DNA of 11,932 nt. It comes from Promethearchaeota archaeon (lineage in GTDB: Archaea; Asgardarchaeota; Lokiarchaeia; Sigyniarchaeales; SOKP01). The notes beneath the pieces are model-generated. The model was not told the DNA's origin. It did no database searches and saw nothing but the letters and a program-made list of their open reading frames with translations. Of the stretch, positions 7,156 to 11,932 are shown in pieces. The stretch lies in NCBI GenBank assembly GCA_004524535.1, contig SDNY01000108.1, positions 1-11,932 on the forward strand, written 5' to 3'. Every line of letters starts with the position of its first letter. Within the stretch, counting starts at the first letter, position 1. A program made the translations under genes and the position numbers.

Positions 7156-7187
7156 ATTACAAAAAAAAATTTTACGCCCGTAAGGGC
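7141..7187 (-). terminator. Terminator of the actin gene
   Basis: GCCC-TTAC-GGGC hairpin (7176-7187) 5 nt after the stop codon, followed by several long T tracts on the minus strand. Confidence 0.65.
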
Positions 7188-7192
7188 TTAAT

Positions 7193-8338
7193 TTAAAAGC
7201 ATCTGTGAATAACCTGTGGTCCCATCTCTTTATACTCTCTCCTTGTAACCCACATACGGTGGAAGGTTTTCAAGGAACTTAGAATTGAGCCACCAATCCA
7301 TACAGAATACATACGTTCTGGTGGTGCAATAATCTTTACATCTACAGACTCAGGGATTTGTTCCTTAATTTCCTTGGTCAATCTTTCTTTAATACCTGGA
7401 AACATAGTAGAACCTCCAGAGAGCACAATATTGCTGTAAAGGTCTCTTCTTAAGTCGACATCACATTCAGAGATAGCTCCTACAATCACATCATCTAAAG
7501 GCTCTAATTCTTTCCCTATTACTGATGGATTAAATAAGCATTCAGGACCTAGAAATCTTTCTACACCTACGTTAATTGTTTCACCGTCAGGAAGCATGTA
7601 GCTCTTTTCCATTCCAGCTACTTTCTTGCTAAGCATCATCTCCTTTTCGGGATCGATTGCTACATAGCAGAGCTTTTCTTTTATATCTCTTACAATTTCT
7701 TTCTCTGCCGAAGTAGTAAATGAATAGCCTTTTTGCCTGAGTAATCTTTGTAAATATGTCGTTATATCTCTACCTGCGAGGTCTATCCTTTGGATGGCGT
7801 GACTTAAGGCGAAACCCTCGAAGATTGGTACAACGTGGGATACACCATCACCAATATCAATAACGCATCCAGTAGTACGACCAGACGCATATAAAGACAA
7901 TACTGCTTGCATAGCTACGTATAATGCTGGAGTATTAAACGTTTCAAACATTATTTCAGCCATTTTTTCTCTATTTGGCCTTGGATTTAATGGAGCTTCA
8001 GTTAGCAGTACAGGATGTTCGCTAGGATCGATTCTTAAATCAGTATAGAAGGTATAATGCCAGATCTTTTCCATTGCTGTCCAATCTTCAATGATACCGT
8101 GCTCTACAGGGAACATTAACTTTAAAACACCCTTGAGTTGCATTGCTTCTTCTCCAATGTAATACTCACGGGTATAATGTTCGACATCAGTCATTATGCT
8201 CTCATATTTAGGATAACCAATTAGCGTTGGAAATACAGATCGGGGCTGATCTTCACCAGCAAATCCATTTTTTGAAATACCTGTACCATTATCAACCACT
8301 AAGGCCTTAGCATTTAAAAAGCTTTCGTCTTCTGCCAT
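7193..8338 (-). CDS. Actin (Lokiactin-type Asgard actin), 381 aa
   Basis: [126 protein letters not shown] and C-terminal HRCF; colinear with eukaryotic actin. Confidence 0.98.
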   Translation of the reverse strand: MAEDESFLNAKALVVDNGTGISKNGFAGEDQPRSVFPTLIGYPKYESIMTDVEHYTREYYIGEEAMQLKGVLKLMFPVEHGIIEDWTAMEKIWHYTFYTDLRIDPSEHPVLLTEAPLNPRPNREKMAEIMFETFNTPALYVAMQAVLSLYASGRTTGCVIDIGDGVSHVVPIFEGFALSHAIQRIDLAGRDITTYLQRLLRQKGYSFTTSAEKEIVRDIKEKLCYVAIDPEKEMMLSKKVAGMEKSYMLPDGETINVGVERFLGPECLFNPSVIGKELEPLDDVIVGAISECDVDLRRDLYSNIVLSGGSTMFPGIKERLTKEIKEQIPESVDVKIIAPPERMYSVWIGGSILSSLKTFHRMWVTRREYKEMGPQVIHRCF

Positions 8339-8491
8339 TTTTTTTTCAGCCTATTATTTTTGATTTTTATTCGAATTAATTTCTTGAATATATTTTTTTA
8401 TTATTATCCATATATTTGTTTTTAAAATAAAACCAATAATTATCGATAATTTGTTGCAAATAAAAAATTAAATAATTAATAAAACTAAATC

Positions 8492-8506
8492 TTTATAAAT
8501 TTTTTT
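8492..8506 (-). promoter_or_regulatory. Candidate actin promoter (TATA box with A-rich BRE)
   Basis: Minus strand reads AAAAAAA-TTTATAAA (TATA 8492-8499), about 150 nt upstream of the ATG. Other TATA-like words exist in this region. Confidence 0.3.
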
Positions 8507-8672
8507 AAACCAAAATGTAAAGATTGAGATTTTTAGGTTTAATCACTCAATTATTTAAATAAATTTCCGTAAAATCTCTTTTTTTTGATTTCAATAGGAC
8601 TATAACGGATAAGTTTCATGAATTTATAAAAAAAAAAATTATTTAATCGTAGATTAGGCATGATAGTAGCCG

Positions 8673-8775
8673 AATGAAGCATGATTTCATTAGTCTTTTT
8701 GATCAAATTTTGATCAATTCCTTATTCTCAGAAATAGGAAATTGCGAAATATTTAATTTGATAATATTCCTTATT
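8673..8775. promoter_or_regulatory. Cluster of palindromes and direct repeats, candidate operator sites
   Basis: AATGAA-N7-TTCATT (8673-8691); TTTGATCAAA (8698-8707) and TTTGATCAAT (8709-8718); ATTCCTTATT at 8717-8726 and 8766-8775. Confidence 0.4.
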
Positions 8776-8809
8776 ACCTATAGATTTTAATTGATATTGC
8801 TCTGAAGTT

Positions 8810-9349
8810 ATGAAGTTTAATAATTTTTTTAAAGCCACTCGTATATTGAAATATATATTAATCAACCCTAATTGCACTATCCCTCAGATTAGAGACCATT
8901 TTAATGTAAAACGCTCTAACCCGCCAAGCAGCGAAGAAAAGAATCTCTATAAATTAATATCATATCTTGATAATTCTGGTTTTATAGTTAAGAAAGATAG
9001 TGCTTCAATTTCACCCAGAGGTGCCCATTTTTCTCTTCAAGGTACTCAAAAGGGATCAGAAACTATTAAAAAATTTAAAAAAAGCTTCTCAGATATCCCA
9101 CTTAATTTTACTTTTCAAAACTTTGATTTAATTGAAAAAGATGAAGATAGAATTGAAGAGTTATCAATGGATTTTTCCAAATTTTCTTACAATATTCTTA
9201 ATAGTTTAATGCAAGGATTGCTTGACGAATTACCTTTAGATGCGAGACGTTTCCTCCGCTCAAAACGACCAAGGATAAATAAACTCATCGAAAAAAGCCA
9301 TATTCGCATCCAAGATAAGTTTTCAAATATCATTGACCTTTTAACTTAA
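8810..9349 (+). CDS. Putative winged helix-turn-helix DNA-binding protein (PadR/MarR-like N-terminus)
   Basis: ILKYIL..P..TIPQIRDHF...LYKLISYLDNSGFIVK...F.L..TQKG pattern followed by a helical C-terminal region. Confidence 0.7.
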   Translation: MKFNNFFKATRILKYILINPNCTIPQIRDHFNVKRSNPPSSEEKNLYKLISYLDNSGFIVKKDSASISPRGAHFSLQGTQKGSETIKKFKKSFSDIPLNFTFQNFDLIEKDEDRIEELSMDFSKFSYNILNSLMQGLLDELPLDARRFLRSKRPRINKLIEKSHIRIQDKFSNIIDLLT

Positions 9350-9350
9350 A

Positions 9351-10796
9351 ATGAAAATAACTCCGAATTATATTGGAAATAATTTAGATAAATTAGGGAT
9401 AAAGGAGGCATGCTCACTTTTAAAAGAGCTAATTACTAGTTCAAACGATTTAAATTTAAGATTAGAGGCATTAGAATTTTTTGGAACAATCGAAGATGGC
9501 AAACATTTTAAATTTTTTGAACAACTTTTTCTTTCTGACGAAAATATTGATATTAGGATTAGATGTGGCAATATTTTAAAGGATAAATATTTAAAAGATA
9601 AGAGAATTATTCCGCTTTTAGAATTCACTCTTTTTAATGTGAATAATTTTGAACAAAAATTTCTTGCTGTAGAGATATTAAATATAATAAATACTACAAA
9701 AACAAGAAAGATTATTAAAAATTTTATAAAGACCTATATTAAAATAAAATTAAGGGACAAAAAAGAAGAATTTCCAAAAGAAATCTTTATTCATGATTAC
9801 GATATTCCTATATCTCATACAATATTAGAGATTTGCTTTAATTTAATTCTTTATGAATATTACATAAATGAATTTGGATATAATGTTACTTTACGGAATG
9901 GTCTTATTATTTTATTAAATTGCGAAGGTTCCAATTTAAAGAGTATTAAAAATATAGACGCTATAAATAAACTTACGCATTTAAAACACTTATATGTTCA
10001 ACGGAATAACATAATAAAAATAGAAGGTCTTGAAAGTCTACAAAACTTAAAAACCTTAGATTTATCGAAAAATAATATTAAAAAGATTGAAAATCTGCAG
10101 GAATTAAATAATTTAGAAGAATTAGATTTATCCTACAATTTGATAAAAAATATGGCAAATCTTGATTCTTTAGTAAATTTGAGTAAATTAAATTTAGAAT
10201 TTAATTCAATAACAGCTATTAGTGGATTAAGGAATTTACACAATTTGGAAGAGTTAAACTTAGGTCATAATAGAATTTCAGAAATTAAAAATTTAGAATT
10301 CTTAGGAAAATTAAAGAAATTAAATCTTTCATATAACCAAATTGAAACAATAAAAGGATTAGAAAAATTGGAAATTATAAAATGGCTATATCTCAATTAT
10401 AATAAAATCTCTCGGATTGAAGGTTTAGGTGCTTTAAATATTATTAAAGGACTCTATCTTTCAAATAACATAATAACTCGAATTGAAAATTTAGATAATT
10501 TAATTAATTTAACACAATTAGTGTTATCTTATAATAAAATTCAAAAAATTGAAGGATTGGGGAATCTATTAAAACTTAATACTTTATATCTTGATAATAA
10601 CAGTATAAAAAAATTGGAAGGTATTAATAATTTAAAAAATTTAAATCAACTTTATCTCGTGAATAATCAAATCTCTGTATATAATAATAGAAGTATCGAG
10701 AAATTAGAAAAACTATATTATTTGTTTTTAAACGGCAATCCCCTCACGCCTGAGAGCTGGATTTCTTATAAAAAAAAAATGACTAAATATCCATAA
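9351..10796 (+). CDS. Leucine-rich repeat protein (SDS22-like) with N-terminal HEAT-like helical region
   Basis: About 12-13 repeats, mostly 22 aa, of LxxLxLxxNxIxxIxxLxxL ending in LFLNGNPL. N-terminus has D.NLRLEALEFFG and DENIDIRIRCGNIL. Starts 1 nt after the wHTH stop, suggesting an operon. Confidence 0.92.
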   Translation: MKITPNYIGNNLDKLGIKEACSLLKELITSSNDLNLRLEALEFFGTIEDGKHFKFFEQLFLSDENIDIRIRCGNILKDKYLKDKRIIPLLEFTLFNVNNFEQKFLAVEILNIINTTKTRKIIKNFIKTYIKIKLRDKKEEFPKEIFIHDYDIPISHTILEICFNLILYEYYINEFGYNVTLRNGLIILLNCEGSNLKSIKNIDAINKLTHLKHLYVQRNNIIKIEGLESLQNLKTLDLSKNNIKKIENLQELNNLEELDLSYNLIKNMANLDSLVNLSKLNLEFNSITAISGLRNLHNLEELNLGHNRISEIKNLEFLGKLKKLNLSYNQIETIKGLEKLEIIKWLYLNYNKISRIEGLGALNIIKGLYLSNNIITRIENLDNLINLTQLVLSYNKIQKIEGLGNLLKLNTLYLDNNSIKKLEGINNLKNLNQLYLVNNQISVYNNRSIEKLEKLYYLFLNGNPLTPESWISYKKKMTKYP

Positions 10797-10885
10797 ATAT
10801 TGGCTATATGTATTTGAAGTTATTGATTTTATTTTTATAAGTTAAATTACTTATATATCTATATAACTTTTTAGTCGCAGTAAAT

Positions 10886-11716
10886 ATGACACAACCAAAC
10901 AATATACCCTCGTTTAAACCCCGTTTAATTAAAAAAGACGATTTATACGGGGATAGTGGTTACACACTGAAATTAATTAAGCCAAATATATATCAGTTTC
11001 AATCTATAGGTGCTGGTTGTCATGTTTATCTCGTGATCGGTGAAAATTTAAATGTATTAATAGATACTGGGATTATCTCAAAATTTAATAGTTTTAATTA
11101 TTTACTTACAACAGAAATCGGGCTTAAAGTGGAGGATATTGATCTAGTAATTAACACGCACGAACACTTCGACCACATAAGCTCGAACGCCTATTTTCAT
11201 TGTCTTGTTGCTGCTGGTTACTGGAGTGCTATAAAAATCCAACACACAGATGAGTTAATAACAAAAGGAAAAAAATGGGATGTAGACTTATCAGACCTGA
11301 AAGTGAACATATGGCTTGAAGATCGAAATATAATTGATTTAGGAAATGTATTCTTTAAAATAATAGAAACCCCCGGTCACACTTCAGGTTGTATTTGTAT
11401 TTACGAACCCTATGAACATTATATTTTTACTGGAGACACGTTATTTCAAGGGGCAACTACAAATATTTATGAATCCGGTTCAATTTCAGAATACATAAAC
11501 TCTCTAGAAATACTTAACACTCTAAAGATTAGCAGTTTTTATCCGGGTCATGGAAAATATGTGATAGGCGAGGAAAAAATAAAAGAGGAAATCGCATCCT
11601 CAATTGAAAATGCTACAATGGAACTTCAAACTTTTATTTATCGAATAAAGAGCAAACCTTTAAAAGAAAGTAGACCGCCCCCATCTCTATACGACAGAGA
11701 GGAAGAGGATTTATAA
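10886..11716 (+). CDS. Metallo-beta-lactamase-fold hydrolase (glyoxalase II-like)
   Basis: LIDTG, THEHFDH (HxHxDH), TPGHTSG, FTGDTLF and YPGHG: a complete metal-ligand set. Substrate cannot be inferred. Confidence 0.92.
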   Translation: MTQPNNIPSFKPRLIKKDDLYGDSGYTLKLIKPNIYQFQSIGAGCHVYLVIGENLNVLIDTGIISKFNSFNYLLTTEIGLKVEDIDLVINTHEHFDHISSNAYFHCLVAAGYWSAIKIQHTDELITKGKKWDVDLSDLKVNIWLEDRNIIDLGNVFFKIIETPGHTSGCICIYEPYEHYIFTGDTLFQGATTNIYESGSISEYINSLEILNTLKISSFYPGHGKYVIGEEKIKEEIASSIENATMELQTFIYRIKSKPLKESRPPPSLYDREEEDL

Positions 11717-11719
11717 ACT

Positions 11720-11932
11720 CTATGGAACCATAGCTTTAATCTCAACTAGTTCTCTACATTTATTATTTATGCTTTTATTTGATAATTTTTTGTAAGTACT
11801 AAGTTTTTTGATCTCTTGAGTCATTAAAAATTTTACTGTTTGAATTATTAGATTCAAATTTTTTGCCCAAATCTTGAAAAAAGAATCGGATGACACGATA
11901 AAAAAAGGGAATAATGCCCTTAGCAGGATAAA
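11720..11932 (-). CDS. Probable 3' end of a gene entering from the right edge
   Basis: 70 stop-free codons from the window end (FILLRALFPFFIVSSDSFFKIWAKNL...ELVEIKAMVP*), ending 3 nt from the convergent MBL gene stop. No motif recognised; a shorter alternative frame stops at 11799. Confidence 0.45.
   Translation of the reverse strand, partial: FILLRALFPFFIVSSDSFFKIWAKNLNLIIQTVKFLMTQEIKKLSTYKKLSNKSINNKCRELVEIKAMVP

Noticed and set aside
9368-9628. Minus-strand 86-aa ORF
   Set aside because: Antisense shadow of the LRR gene.
9960-10745. 66-bp periodicity as a possible CRISPR or DNA repeat array
   Set aside because: Fully explained by 22-aa LRR units with diverged codons; no identical repeats with spacers and no cas genes in the window.
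1-11932. tRNA, rRNA, transposase or integrase genes
   Set aside because: None recognised. Intergenic regions are AT-rich with no cloverleaf-like GC-rich segment, though small ncRNAs cannot be excluded by eye.

Overview
AT-rich archaeal DNA, very likely an Asgard archaeon (Lokiarchaeia-like), judged from a Lokiactin-type actin, an SDS22-like LRR protein and the archaeal zinc-finger/EF-1beta gene pair. Gene content in order: 3' part of mutL; an orphan helical protein; EF-1beta preceded by a 57-aa multi-CxxC zinc-finger gene missing from the ORF track; a CxxC/His plus winged-helix protein that probably starts at ATT; iorA-iorB (indolepyruvate:ferredoxin oxidoreductase-like); a QueG/reductive-dehalogenase-like Fe-S protein; actin; a divergent wHTH-LRR gene pair; an MBL-fold hydrolase; and probably the 3' end of another gene. 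Main discovery: iorB is interrupted in a conserved motif by a 31-nt insert (3920-3950, minus strand) that carries an in-frame stop and shifts the frame. The pre-mRNA folds by eye into a canonical bulge-helix-bulge motif whose predicted cut sites remove exactly those 31 nt and restore ...FGSE|MHGLAQR.... This is a strong candidate for an endonuclease-spliced mRNA intron in a metabolic gene of an Asgard archaeon. All family assignments are from motif recognition; no searches or folding programs were run.
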